Source of the DNA: Octopus sinensis
Lineage: Eukaryota
Length of the DNA stretch: 64,000 nt
Direction of reading: 5' to 3'
NCBI RefSeq assembly: GCF_006345805.1
Contig: NC_043002.1
Location: 58,900,001 to 58,964,000, forward strand
The translations under genes were made by a program, and so were the position numbers. Positions 40,296 through 53,839 of the stretch are shown piece by piece. Each line of letters opens with the position of its first letter. Position 1 is the first letter of the stretch. The notes below the pieces were generated by a model, which ran no database searches, was not told the DNA's origin, and saw nothing but the letters and a program-made list of their open reading frames with translations.

Positions 40296-42165
40296 CTAAG
40301 AAACGAGAGAAGAATGACGTACTAAATTAGTAAAATGCTAATTGTAAACCATTTTATGCCTAGGGACCCCTTTTATTTCTATTTTACTCTGCTGAGACCC
40401 CACATAGCCATTCAATGAATATATAAAAAAATTTTTTAAATTGTACTGATAATTACATATTATTAGGAATTGTATAAGAAAATTTAAACAAGGTATAACC
40501 AATTTATTGCAGATTTGGTCTCTGCCAGTGCTGCCTGACTGGCTCCCATGCCGGTAGCAAGCAAAATGCACCATTCGATGCCAGTACCCACTGACTGGCC
40601 CTCGTGCCGGCGGCACGTAAAAAGCACCCACTATGCTCTCAGAGTGGTTGGCGTTAGGAAAGGCATCCAGCTGTAGAAACCTATAGATCAGAGTGGAGCC
40701 TGATACAGCCTTCCAGCATGCCGCTTGGAAAGCGGACGTTAAACGACAACGATGATGAAATTTTAATGAACAAAAATTTATACGGACCCTGGTTGAGAAC
40801 CACTGCATTGGACAATCAACCAAATCATAACAACTGTGTGTACATGCACCTTGCTAACCAAACCCCTAAATGCGATGCATGACCCTACCTGAACATGTAC
40901 CCTGTAAATGAAACCCCTAAAATTCAAAGTAATGTACATGTATCTTGGGGGTTCTTTCTCTTAAACTTTAACCCCTTATTTCTTAGCATAAAGCACTTCT
41001 TCTTCTCAGAGTTTGTAGTCTTATAAGCTGTGTGGTGACTTCACTAATGCTTGTGGCACAATAGCATCGTTATTTAACACCTGTTTTCTATGCTGGCATG
41101 GTTTGGACGGTTTGACAGGAACTGGCAAGCCAGTGGGCTACACAAAGTTCCAGTCGTCTGTTTTGGTATGGTTTCCATAGCTGGATGCCCTTCCTAATGC
41201 CAACCACTTTACAGGTGCTTTGTATGCACACAAGCTTTGGAGCCTATCAAATTGGCCAACCCATGCCAGCATGGAACACAGGCATTAAATGATGATATGA
41301 GTGTATATATGTACACTGCCCTCCCTGTGTTTTATCCAAAACTTTGCATTTTCTGCCAGGATAGGATAGTTTATTTGTTCTATACACCTATCTATATCTA
41401 TATACAGAGTGGCCCCAAAGTAGGTTTACAATTATCATGTAGGAGCTTTAAATTTATTTTAAAACATTTTATTATATTTAAATTTCTATCTTAATTAGAA
41501 CAGGGTTTCGTATTTTTTTTCATAATTAAGATCTAAACTGTTAATATATGAATGTGAAAGAGAAAAAGCACCATCCGAACATGGCTGATGCCAGTGTTGC
41601 CTGACTGGCTCCCATGCCAGTGGCACAAAAAAAGCAACCACTACATTCTTGGAGTGGTTGGCATTAGGAAGGGCATCCAGCTGTAGAAACATTGCTAGAT
41701 CAGATTGGAGTCTGGTGTGGCCTCCTGGCTTGCCAGTCTCCAGTCAAACCGTCCAACCTATGCCAGCATGGAAAACGGACGTTAAACAATGATGATGATA
41801 ATGATAGTTGAATAACTGTAAACCTACTTTTGGGTCACCCTGTATATACACACACACAAAAACCTCAACAATAAGCATTCCTTTAACCCTTTAGCATTCA
41901 GATTACTTGTTCAAATGTAATGTTTATTTATTCACATTGTTTTTAATAAATTTCTTCACTTTGAGATCTTGACAATGTGATTCTTCATTTTTAGAATACA
42001 TTTGTAGGCTAGGATGTGTGAGAGGCTGAATCTGGTCAGTTTAAGCACAAAACAAGTAGAATATTTGGGTCTGATATGATTGGTTTAAATGCTAAAATGT
42101 CAACACATGCTAGCATGGAAAAATGGATGCCAAACAAACACAAACAAAACCCATTTAATACTCAC

Positions 42166-42263
42166 TTCTCATCGTTATCAGGTCTTTCAGAAGCTGTCTT
42201 TTTATATTCTTCCATAAGTAGATTATATTTTTCTTTAGATTCTTCTTGAAGTTTTTCCCATTT
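42166..42263 (-). CDS. SSRP1: SSRP1 coding exon, HMG box helix 3: KWEKLQEESKEKYNLLMEEYKKTASERPDNDE(N)
   Basis: W...Y...M..Y HMG helix-3 pattern; tgtgtttctAG / GTgagt; 98 nt, phase 0/2. Confidence 0.92.
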
Positions 42264-43619
42264 CTAGAAACACAAAGGTAGAATACTTTCAAATTCAGAA
42301 ATTTCAAAGAAGAATGGTGGGAACTTTGAGAAGGGAATGATTTTAGCTTCAGTTTCTTCAGTCAAGAGCTTTAATTTACTATCATCTTTAAATATTTATC
42401 TTTTTGGAACATTTCTAATTGAACAGACTTCTGCCTGTTCTTGTTAAATAGCTATTTGTCAGTTCTGTTAGGGATAGATCTTAGGTGAAGAATCTGCTAA
42501 CTGAAGAGAAACCTAGGTTCTGCAACTCCAGAAGAGACAGGATTCAGTCTGTTTGGAGGCACACAGTTATACATTTTCCATGCAATGATAGTTAATAATC
42601 TGGTGCTGAGGACATGGATAATATGATCAACAAACTCAACATGGCCATCAAGATCTAGTTTTGCCAAATCTTATTGTCCAAACACATTGGTATCTATTAT
42701 AAGAGTAGGCATGGTTTTATGGTTGAGCAGTTTGCTTCCTAGTGGAGGGGTGTTCAAGAATCCTGACCTGGAAGAGGCCTAGATCCTTCAGAGAGTTAAG
42801 AGTTAAGAGCTGAAACATTATTTTGTCTTGGTATAAAAGATGGGCTACAGCAAATATTCTGCTCAATGTCACAGACTTGCTTGCCAGTTGCTAGATCTTA
42901 ACCAGCTGAACATGTTCCCTAGTGGCTGATGATATGTGCATCTCTGATCATGAACAGAACTAGTGGGGGAGTATCACAGCAATGTGGTGAGAGGAATTTT
43001 TGGGGGTTTGGATAATTCAACTTTGAAAACATAGGTATTTTGCTCAACATCCTTAAACAATTCAGAGACCTTTTGAGCGCGATTGGCTATTCAACCTGCA
43101 GAAAATTCTAACTGGGCCCCACCTGCAAGGTCACAAACAGTTTATCTTGATATGATATCACTATGTCACGCACATATGGTTGTGATGCATGTATCTGGTG
43201 TACTCTTATCAGACGGATAGTCATGATGGGTATACTGGTATGCTGGGCATTTATATATTTTACCAAAGTGTCACTTTGATGGCATGCACTGCTCTCTCAC
43301 TCAATAATAATAATAATCCTTTCTACTATAGGCACAAGGCCTGAAAATTTGGAAAGGGAGATAGTTGATTGCAATGACCCTAATGCTTAACTACTATTTA
43401 CTTCACTGACCCTGAAAGGATAAAAGGCAAAGTTGACCTCAGTAGAATTAGAACCCTGAATGTAAGGACGAACAAAATACCACTTAGCATTTTGCCCAGC
43501 ATGCTAACGATTCTGCCAGCTCATCACCTTTTGAATATCAGATGTTAAAAGTTACTGAATAGTAATAACAACAATAGCAGTGAAATGGTATGGCACATCA
43601 TTAGTAAATGCCTGAAATT

Positions 43620-44270
43620 GGCACAACACAAATACAAATGACACCATGACAATGTGGTAAGAATGATCCATTGGGAACTCTGAGGAAATCATGGCCTACC
43701 AAGAGCAAAGACATGGTATGAGCAAACTCTAGAATGAGTTACCGAGAATGAGAATTACAAAATCTTGTGGGAATGTAATGATCCACTGCAATCACCTGAC
43801 CAGACATCAGAAACCTGATATTGTTGTGGTGAATAAAAAAGAAAGAACATGCATGATAATCAACATAGCATGCTCTGGTGATAACAGAATCAATGTGAAA
43901 GATGCCCCGGTGACAACAGGATCAATGTGAAAGAAGAAAGAAAAATAAACAACGACGATTTGAAGTGGGAAATACGAGTGTTGTGGTCAATGAAAAGACT
44001 TGTCGTGATACCAATAGTAATTGGTGCACTTAGAAGTATCAGCACTCAACTATCAACATGGCTGAAAAAGATTGGTGCAAGTGTGAAGGTAGAACACCAA
44101 CAAAAATCAGCATTGCTTGGAAGTGCAAGAATTCTTCGCAGGGTTCTTGAAGCTTGACCAGTAAAGCATGTATCACTTTAGTCAGTTGGCTGTGGACAGC
44201 TGACACTTTCCATCATACCCAGCAAAATAAGCTGTGAGTTGCAAAGGCAATAATAATAATAATAATAATA
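43620..44270 (+). mobile_element. 3' end of a non-LTR retrotransposon with a restriction-like endonuclease (R4/Dong-like), degenerate
   Basis: HDNVVRMIHWEL, KPDIVVVNKKERTCMIINIA and VIPIVIGAL...LQKSALLGSARILRRVL-type motifs; short 3' UTR, then an (AAT)n tail. Confidence 0.8.
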
Positions 44271-44415
44271 AAAGATAAAATGGCAGAAACAGGGCATAAA
44301 AACCTGCAGATTTCCAACATCATGTTGGGAAACAAAAACAAAAAATATAAAAATAGCAGAACAAAAAAGAAAAAGAAAAGAGGGAATAATTGTAGTAAAA
44401 TGTCAGCATACTAAC

Positions 44416-44604
44416 AGATTTGTCAGTGATGTTTCTCCAAATGTCAGCAGCCTTCTTGGTAAGATCTGTAATGGAAATGCCAGGGTTATCAGTTTTAATC
44501 TTTTCTCTGTTTTCACTTAACCAGATGAAGTAGGCTGATAATGGACGTTTTGGACGATTAGGGTCAACATTCTTCTTTTTCTTCCGGGATTTGCTGGATT
44601 TGGA
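44416..44604 (-). CDS. SSRP1: SSRP1 coding exon, HMG box 5' part: SKSSKSRKKKKNVDPNRPKRPLSAYFIWLSENREKIKTDNPGISITDLTKKAADIWRNITDKS
   Basis: DPN.PKRP.SAY..W HMG-box signature; ttcttttcAG / GTtagt; 189 nt, phase 0/0. Confidence 0.96.
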
Positions 44605-44941
44605 CTGAAAAGAATAAGAAAGGGAGAAAAATATATATATATATATATAACAACAGCTGAAAGTAAAGTTGGTTGCTTGGCAGATTTCTCCAGTTTATAA
44701 TGCTTTTTACAGCATATAGAGCGAAGAATAGAAAATGAGTTACAAAGACATTCTGTCAGAAATACAATGAACTCCAGATTTATTGGAGATCTATAACATC
44801 ATCATTGTCTACTAATAACAACATAGCATAAATACATACATTTAGCAGAGTGAATTAAGAAACCAGAAAAGGTCAAAATTAAAAAAAATTTTTTGGGTGG
44901 TGGTGGTGGGGGTGATAAAAAAAAAAAAACAAACAACTCAC

Positions 44942-45053
44942 TTCTTTAGGTTTGGAGGCTTTCTTTTCTTTGTGTTTCTTAGGTTTTGGTTTCTTTGGCT
45001 CTCCATCTTCACCACTTTCCGAATCTGATGTGGTCTCAGGGTTGCTATCATAT
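44942..45053 (-). CDS. SSRP1: SSRP1 coding exon: (E)YDSNPETTSDSESGEDGEPKKPKPKKHKEKKASKPKE
   Basis: EYDSN acidic segment followed by a basic segment; ttaacAG / GTgagt; 112 nt, phase 2/0. Confidence 0.92.
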
Positions 45054-45966
45054 CTGTTAAATGAAGAAATGAAGGAGATATATATATGCACCCACTACAC
45101 TCTTGGAGCGGTTGGCGTTAGGAAGGGCATCCAGCAGTAGAAACACTGCCACATCAAGATTGAGGCCTGGTGCAGCCATCTGGTTCACCAGCCCTCAGTC
45201 AATCGTCCAACCCATGCTAGCATGGAAAGCGGACGTTAAACGATGATGATATATATATATATGAGCACCATCCGAGTGTGATCATTGCCAGAGCGGCTAA
45301 CTGCGAAGACCTGCTGAGGCAAGTGAAATAGAAATCAAATCAAATTCGATGACTGGCACCTGTGCCAGTGTCGCGCTAAGAGCACCATCCGAGCATGATC
45401 ACTGCCAGAGCAGTTGACTGGCTTCTGTGCAAGTGGCACGTAAAAAGTACCATTCAAACGTGATAATTTCCAGCATTGCCTTACTGGCACTTGTGCTGGT
45501 AGCATGTGAAAAACATTTGAACAAGGTTGTTGACAGTACCGCTGGTCTGGCTCCTGTGCAGGTGGCACGTAAAAAAAACCACCTGAGCGTGGCCGTTGCC
45601 AGTACCGCGTGACTGGCCCTCGTGCCGGTGGCACGTAAAAGCACCCACTACACTCTCGGAGTGGTTGGCACTAGGAAGGGCATCCAGCAGTAGAAACTCT
45701 GCCAGATCAGATTGGAGCCTGGTGCAGCCATCTGGTTTGCCAGTCCTCAGTCAAACCACCCAACCCATGCCAGCATGGAAAGCGGATGTTAAACGATGAT
45801 GATGATGATGTTTGGAACATAAATTAACACGGAATTTTGATGGAAGACTGATTTGGATCACTCTAAAACAAGGAGTTTGTACTACAGAACCAGTTGGGGT
45901 AGTCTCAGGTAGGTTGGTATCAAATACAAGTGTATAATAGTAATATATAAATTCATAAAAACTCAC

Positions 45967-46012
45967 TCTTCTGCAACTTCACTGCCACTTTCTCCAGGAT
46001 TGAAAGATTCAT
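45967..46012 (-). CDS. SSRP1: SSRP1 small coding exon: (D)ESFNPGESGSEVAE(E)
   Basis: DESFNPG...VAEE acidic-region motif; tttttcAG / GTgagt; 46 nt, phase 1/2. Confidence 0.92.
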
Positions 46013-46289
46013 CTGAAAAAATAAATAAAAATCATTAATTATTGGTGATAAAAGCAGCATTTTATATCAAAAGGTAATCAGTATAGTTGCAGGAGTTGCT
46101 GTGTGGTACGTAGCTTGCTTATCAACCACATGGCTCTGAGTTCATTCCCACTGCGTGGCACCTTGGGAAAGTGTCTTCTACTATAGCCTCAGGCCGACCA
46201 AAGCTTTGTGAGTGGATTTGGTAGACGGAAACTGAAAGAAGCCCATCGTATATATGTATATATATATATATGATGATGATGATATATAT

Positions 46290-46940
46290 ATATATATATA
46301 TGACAAAAGGCCTCTCGCTCAGAGTAAAAGGCAGACTGTATGATGCATGTGTACGTATAGTCATGCTACACGGTAGTGAAACATGGGCTGTGACTGCTGA
46401 GGATTTGCGTAAGCTTGCAAGAAATGAAGCCAGTATGCTTCGATGGATGTGTAACGTCAGTGTTCATAATCGACAGAGTGTAAGTACCTTGAGAGAAAAG
46501 TTGGACCTAAGAAGCATCAGTTGTGGTGTGCAAGAGAGACGTTTGCACTGGTATGGTCATGTGACGAGAATGGCTGAAGATAGTTGTGTGCGAAAGTGCC
46601 ACACCCTAGCAGTTGAGGGAACCTGTGGAAGAGGTAGACCCAGGAAAACATGGGACAAGGTGGTGAAGCACGACCTTCGAACTTTAGGTCTCACCAAGGG
46701 AATGACTAGAGACCGAGACCTATGGAAGTATGCTGTGCGTGAGAAGACCCGGCAAGACCAGTGAGAACATAACCTGTGGCCTACATACCTTTCTTTCTTG
46801 GGAAGCACGACCTTCGAACTTCAGGTCTCACCAAGGAAATGACTAGAGACTGAGACCTATAGAAGTATGCTGTGCGTGAGAAGACCCGGCAAGACTAGTG
46901 AGAACATAACCTGTGGCCTACATACCTTTCCTTCTTGGGA
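46290..46940 (+). mobile_element. RTE LINE 3' fragment with a 137-bp tandem duplication (46666-46802 / 46803-46939)
   Basis: LYDACVRIVMLHGSETW...RRLHWYGHV...GRGRPRKTW, typical of the RTE ORF C-terminus. Related fragments at ~12560-12950 (-), ~27800-28560 (+), ~29340-29500 (-), ~52630-52905 (+), ~62580-62840 (-). Confidence 0.85.
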
Positions 46941-47444
46941 CACAAAACTCCACTTGTGAAGACCCGTTGAGACAAGTGAAAATCAAAATCAAATCAAAAT
47001 CAAACCAAATCAAATCCGATATCAGAAAGCAGAACCAAAATCGAAGTCAATCAACATCAATGGAAATTGCAGCTGTGGTTAAGCGAACCATCCGATCGTG
47101 GCCGTTGCCAGCGCCGCCCCGACTGGCCTCCGTGCCGGCGGCACGTAAAAGCACCATCTGTTCGTGTCCGTTGCCAGCCTCGCCTGGCCCCCGTGCCAGT
47201 GGCACGTAGCACCATCCGTTCGTGGCCGTTGCCAGCCTCGCCTGGCCCCTGTGCTGGTGGCACGTAAAAAGCACCCACTACACTCACAGAGTGGTTGGCG
47301 TCAGGAAGGGCATCCAGCCGTAGAAACACTGCCAGATCAGACTGGGCCTGATGCAGCCTTCTGGCTTCACAGACCCCAGTTGAACCGTCCAACCCATGCT
47401 AGCATGAAAAGCGGACGCTAAATGATGATGATGATGATGATATG

Positions 47445-47479
<35 letters not shown>

Positions 47480-49211
47480 GTGTGTATGTGTTTGTCCCCC
47501 AACATCGCTTGACAACCAATGATGGTGTGTTTACGTCCCCATAACTTAGCGGTTCAGCAAAAGGGGACCAATAGAATAAGTACTAGGCTTCCAAAGAATA
47601 AGTCCTGGGGTCGATTTGCTCAACTAAAGGTGGTGCTCCAGCATGGCTGCAGTTAAATGACTGAAACAAGTAAGAGTTTATCCAACTTAACATAACACCA
47701 AACACTGCATTATTAACCTTGAGAGATCCTATTTTATAGGTGCTTGATGCATAAAAGAACACACACATATATCTTAGCAGATGAGAATTGTCTATAATGA
47801 ACGCCAGAATTGCAACATCTTGTGATTTCATTCAAATGGAAACCATCAGTGGGGTGCCAGTCAAATCTCACTGTTATGATACATAGATCATCAGCATCTT
47901 TTCAGACACTGATGTTGCAAATAGCCAAACAAGCTCATTAAAAATTGATTATTAAGCAACATAAGCAGTATTAACACCAAAAAGGTAATCTTTGAATCCA
48001 ACTTAACCTGGGTGCCTTGTTAGAACACGGAATACTGCACTTTTAGCCTTGAGAGATCCTCTCTTGTAGGCACTTGGTCCATCAAAAGCACGGACCAATA
48101 GATCAGATGCCTGAGTGATTAAGAATTGATTTCAGGTTTAATCCCGTTGTTACACCTGCCTAAGTTATTTTTTTATTGGGAGCTGCTGTTCCTAAGTATC
48201 ATGTGGCTTGCTTTTGAGGCTGGAAGGCTTTACTATCTCCATCCACTTCCCAGAATACTCTGGGAATATTTATTCATGGCACCAACACAAAGAGTAGTCA
48301 GTAACGTAAACCTTTTAGCATTTAAACCAACCCTTATCTGGCCCCAATATTTTACTTGTGTTTTGTGTTCAACTTGGCCAGATCCAGCCTCTCACATCTA
48401 CCTTTTACCATTTACCTGTTTCAGTCATTTGACTGTGGCCATGCTGGGGCACTACCTTGAAGGGCTTTTATTGAATTAATTGACCATATTACTTATACTA
48501 TTGGTTTCTTTTGCTGAACTGCTATGGTACTGGGAGGTAAACAAACCAACACTGGCCAGCAAGTGATGGTAGGGGACAAGCACATACACACAAATATGTG
48601 ACAGGATTCTTTCAGTTTCTGTCAACCAAATCCACTCACAAGGCTTTGGTCAACCCGAAGTTATAGTAGAAGACACTTGCCCAAGGTGCCATGTAGTGGG
48701 ACTGAACCCAGAACCACGTGGTTGGGAAGAAAGCTTCTTACCACACAGCCATGCCTGCACCTGTCCTCATGAGATATCTTCTACAGTTGGAGAGTTTTAA
48801 TAAACCAAAAATTTATGTTGTATAGTATTTAATAAATGCCACTGGCCATTCTGGAGTAATTCCTTGTAACACATTTCTTTTAGTATTCTGTCTATTCACA
48901 ATAGTCTTTTCCTAATCCAGCAGGAAAAGCCCCTTTTTTTAACCCTTTGTAACCATTTCTCCTAGTTATTTGACAGTCTACCAACATGCAACAGACCTAA
49001 TTGAGTTTAAACATGGGTTGGATGGTTTGATAGGACTGGAAGGGCACTAAGAACTGCTTCAAGCTCCAATGTGTGTGCTAGGTGCATATTTTCGTGCCAG
49101 GTGTCCAATGGAGGTTGTCGTGCAGCTTTGCAAAACTACAAGCCTCAAGCGGGGAGCGGGGCACTTCTTTCAGTTAAAAGAGAAAAGTAAATTAAAAAAA
49201 TGGTAAATTAC

Positions 49212-49341
49212 CTGATTCGTCTTCTGATTCATCCTCATCTCTTTCTCTTCCTTCCTGTTTCATTCGTTCCAAGTAGGCATCATGTTGTTCTTCACTCTCA
49301 TCATTGCTATCAACCATGTCGTCACGATATGAACCTTTCTC
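49212..49341 (-). CDS. SSRP1: SSRP1 coding exon: EKGSYRDDMVDSNDESEEQHDAYLERMKQEGRERDEDESEDES(D)
   Basis: HDAYLERMK motif; ttttgtgtgcAG / GTaatt; 130 nt, phase 0/1. Confidence 0.95.
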
Positions 49342-50670
49342 CTGCACACAAAAAAGGAACGAGTGTCAGAGATATCACAAGGAAAAAAACAGTTGCAAAA
49401 GTGGTAAGAATACATCGCAGATACCTCTAAATCCACTGCTGTTAGTAATATCTGCAACATTGCTTACACTTAAATTTTAAAAATAAATTCATCATCATCA
49501 GTGTTTCCCAGGGCTAAATAACAGTAGTATTCTTCCCATTTATGAGACTGTCACATTAAGGCTTCTTTCAGTTGCCATTTATCAAATCTACTCGCAAGGC
49601 TTTGGTCGGCCCAAGGGTATAGTAGAAGCCACTTGCCCAAGGTTCCACGCAGTAGGACTGAACCCAGAACCATGTGGTCGGTAAGCAAACTACTTACCAG
49701 ACAGCCACTCCTGTGCCTATATGGTAATAATAAATATATTACATATACTCATAACTCAAATCCTCTTTGGGCTGATAATATTTTGGCTTCAGCCTTAAAC
49801 CTATTCACAAATTTTACGTTGCTTTATCATGAGTAGTGGAGGCACGTGGCTTCGTGAGTAGGGTGTTTGAATCATGATCATAACATTGTAGTTTCGATTC
49901 ATGGACTGGACGATGCGTTGTGTTCACGAGCAAAACACTTCATTTCATGTTGCTCTACTGTGACAGACTGGTGTCATTGAAACAAGGAACCCAGGCATAT
50001 GAGACTATAGGAGTCTATTATGAATACTGTTGGCAACTTTAGTTCCGGTTTTGTTTAATTATTTGCAATTTAGGTTAGGAACTTTGAAGAGAATTGGTCA
50101 ATACCATAGTACTTGGTTGGTACTTTATTTCATCGACATCAGAGGGATGAAAAGCAAAGCTGACTTCAGCAGGATTTGAAAAGCATAATGCAAAAAACCA
50201 GAATAAATACAGCAAGGCAATTCGGTTTACTGCCAACCACAACATATGGCTTTTGTGTTGAATTGGTTTTCAAAAAAACCTAACAAGCAAATAGGTGCAG
50301 ATGCGACTGTGTGGTATGAAGCTTTCTTCTGAACCAGATGGTTCCTGGTTCAGTCCCACTGCATGGCACATTGGGTAAGTGTCTTCTATTATAGCCTCAA
50401 GCTGACCAAAGCCTTCTAAATGGATTTGATAGATGGAAACTGAAAGAAGCCCATCATATGTGTGCATGTGTCTGTCTCTCACCACTGATTTGCAACTTGT
50501 ACTAGTGTGTTTATGTCCCCATAGCTTAGCAGTTTGTCAAATGAACATGAGAGAATAAGTACCAAGATTTAAAAGCCCTTCAAGGCAGTGCCCCAGCATG
50601 GGCACAGTCTAAGGACTGAAACAAAGGGAAAAAATAAAACAAAACAAATATATAATTTAGAACATCTTAC

Positions 50671-50740
50671 TTTGGAACCAAAATTTTTGACTCTTAGTTT
50701 CTTGCCACGGATAAAATCATACAGTTTTCCATATTCATCT
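50671..50740 (-). CDS. SSRP1: SSRP1 coding exon: (K)DEYGKLYDFIRGKKLRVKNFGSK
   Basis: EYGKLYDF motif; tttttcacAG / GTaaga; 70 nt, phase 2/0. Confidence 0.95.
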
Positions 50741-51073
50741 CTGTGAAAAAGGCAGAAATACTTGTTTTATTAACAAAAATATATAAAATAAAATTGCTGT
50801 CATCATCATTATCACATCCACTTTTCCATACTTGTATGGAGTTTATTGAAGTAGCTCAATAACCCACCTTGTTGCCAACCCTCAACTCTCTCCAAGAATG
50901 GTAGTGATATTTTCTCCATGGCCACCACATACCCAAGACACATAAGCTGCGCACTGTGGAGCAGCGAAAGCATGAGGTAGAAGTAAAACTACTGAACAAT
51001 AGCTGTAGCAGCAGTAATACTGGTGGTGGTGATGATGATGATGATGATGATGATGATAAAAAGTATAATAATA

Positions 51074-51610
51074 ATGCCCTGATGCAGGACTTAACTGATT
51101 GGAAGTGAAGTATTATCCTGTACATTGTTTTCTCTAGGTATAAAAGATGGAATACGGCAAATATTCTGCTTAATACCACAGATTTGCTTGTCAGTTATTT
51201 GACCTTCACCAGTTGAACATGTCCCTTGGTGGCTGACGATATGTGCATCTCTGATGACAAGCAGAAGTAGTTGGGGAGCATCATAACCAGATGTTGAGAG
51301 GAATTCTTTGGAGTTTGGATAATTCACCTCTGGAAACATGGGCGTTTCATTCAACATCCTTAAACAACCCTTATTGAAGAACCATTTGAGCAGGATGGGC
51401 TACTCTACCTGAAGAAAATTCTAACTGGGCCCCACTTGCGAGGTCATGCACTGTTTACTTTGATATGAGATCAGGTAGTGCACATGATTGTGATGCATGT
51501 GCCTGGTGCACTCTTATCAGACAGGTAGTCATGATGCGTATACTGGGCTTCGTATATTTTACCCCAGTGTCACTTTGATGCCATGCATTGCTCTCTCACT
51601 CAACAATAAT
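51074..51610 (+). repeat. (AAT)n-flanked repeat copy ending 25 nt from an SSRP1 donor site
   Basis: Aligns with 15744-16298; ends at ctctcactcaacaataat (51610), donor GT at 51635. Confidence 0.85.
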
Positions 51611-51635
51611 AAAAAATACAAAAAGCCCAACCTAC

Positions 51636-51857
51636 TTTTCAATACCAACAAACGTGTAAGTATTACTAGACTTGGTTTCTACATCAAAATCAAAGGACCT
51701 AGTGCTGCCAGCACTTCGGGCAAAGTTAACAGAAGAGACTTCATCAAATCGAATGTGAATGGGAGGTTTGTGAACAAAGATTAGTCCTCTTTCCAATGGA
51801 TACAATAAACCTGTAGCTGCTTTGTAAGAACAACCAATCGCCTGGTCTCCTTTTTGG
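51636..51857 (-). CDS. SSRP1: SSRP1 coding exon (Rtt106-like PH domain): (S)QKGDQAIGCSYKAATGLLYPLERGLIFVHKPPIHIRFDEVSSVNFARSAGSTRSFDFDVETKSSNTYTFVGIE(K)
   Basis: GLLYPLERG, HKPP and TRSFDF motifs; tgttttacAG / GTaggt; 222 nt, phase 2/2. Confidence 0.97.
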
Positions 51858-53710
51858 CTGTAAAACAACAGAAAATACATTATTTTAATTTCATCTAAAT
51901 CCAGAAATACCAACATGGATGGAATGAATATATATATATATATATACTAACCCTTCAATTAATACCACTAACCCCCATACGTTCCATACACCATTCACAT
52001 TACTGTATTGTATCTGCCCTAATTGCACCAAATCAAGAACTACTTACCTCCCTTACAAATTTTTTTTACTCAGGGACTAATAAACCCGACACCGTTTGGT
52101 AATCAGTGCACATTCAAAGCCAGTGAACAGTAATTTTACGAAACCGGTATACCTTTGAACCTCTTTAACAATTCACAATAATGACTTTTATTACTTTTAT
52201 TCCTACCTCAGTTCATCTAACTGTATATATCAATCGTTTCTTTTCATAAAAAGCCTTTACTTTTTTTGATTTCCAATATGCATTTTCGCTTATTTTTCCT
52301 CTTACTTTCCCCTTACATTACCACATGTAGTTTCTATTTTCTTTTTGTAACATATTTCTATTATATATATACACACACACACACAAATATATATATATAT
52401 AAACATTTAAAAATTCCTCAAATATCTTAATTATAGTCATAAGAGATTAAAAGTAATAAACTATCACAGACACAATACATCATAAATGGATATAAACCAG
52501 AAAGAATAGCATGTCAAGGTAATCTCTACTGCTGTTCTATAGGAATTATAGCCAGCACTGACTCTTGTTATGGCATTTCATATCTGAGACATCAGATATA
52601 AACAAACAATGAGACTGAAGTTCTTAAGCATATAAGGCCGAAAATGTCGCTAGAAGCTAGGATCACCAAGCATAGATTGGCATATTTCGGTCATATTATG
52701 AGAAAATCCCTGGAAGACATCATGCTCGGAATGGTCAGTGGCAAGAGAGGAAGAGGCCAACCAAGAACTCGCTGGCTTGACACCATCAAGAGTGATACTG
52801 GAATGGACATAGCCAATCTGAAAGAAGCGGCCCAGGATAGAACTGACTGGAGGACACTGATCCAACTAGTGACCGAGAGTCAACTTCGACTGAGTGGATA
52901 GAGAGAGAGAGAGAGACTGAAGATGAAAAAAGGGTAATGCGCATATATGATTTTGCTCCTTCATTGGAAACTTTCTGACCCCTTAACCCTTTTGATATCA
53001 ACCCAACTGAAACTGCCTCTAGTTCTGTAATACAAATGTCTTGTTTTTGAAAGTTCTGAATTAAAATCTTCCACCAAACCTTAGTCACAATTTATGTTCT
53101 TAACACTAGCTTAATGATAGCTAAATTATTTTTATAATAAATTATTTTTTAAATTCTGTGTTATATTTAAAATTAATTGAAAGAAACACAGAGCATCTCA
53201 ACAGAAATATGGTAAAAAAAAAAAGGGTTATCATCCAAGAACAATATTGCTTAAATAGCTACTAAATACAGTGGTGTAACATCATTAGATATACCAAAGG
53301 CAGTGAGCTGGCAGAATCATTAACACACTGGGTGAAATGCTTAGTGGTATTTCATCTGTCTTCATGTTTTGAATTCAAATGCCACTAGAGTCGACTTTGT
53401 CTTTCATCCTTTCAGAGTTGATAAATTAAGTACCATTTATGCACTGGGGTCAATGTAATCGACTGGCTCCCTCCCAAAAAATTTCGGGCCTTGTGTTTAG
53501 AGTAGAAAAGATTATTGGATATATCAACTTTACACATTAAACACATTCCTGGAAGTTGGTACATAAATATTAATGACTCATAGGCACACTGTATTTCGTT
53601 AGGCAACCATAATATACTAAAAGGTATATTAAATGTTTTTCATAAGTCAACACCATGTCATTTTTCCACAGATGTGCAAAGAACAAAAAGGAGGGCTGTT
53701 TAGAACTCAC

Positions 53711-53839
53711 CTGACAAAAACACCTGGAACAGTAATTTTACGGTTAACAACAGCTTTGAAAATTTTGCTAATGACTTCATACTCTGTACCAGACATCTCA
53801 CGGGTTAATTTTCCTTCATATTTCTTCTGTATTTCTTCT
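53711..53839 (-). CDS. SSRP1: SSRP1 coding exon: (E)EEIQKKYEGKLTREMSGTEYEVISKIFKAVVNRKITVPGVFV(S)
   Basis: NRKITVPG motif; acceptor ttcttattcaaAG (AAG type), donor GTgagt; 129 nt, phase 2/2. Confidence 0.95.
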
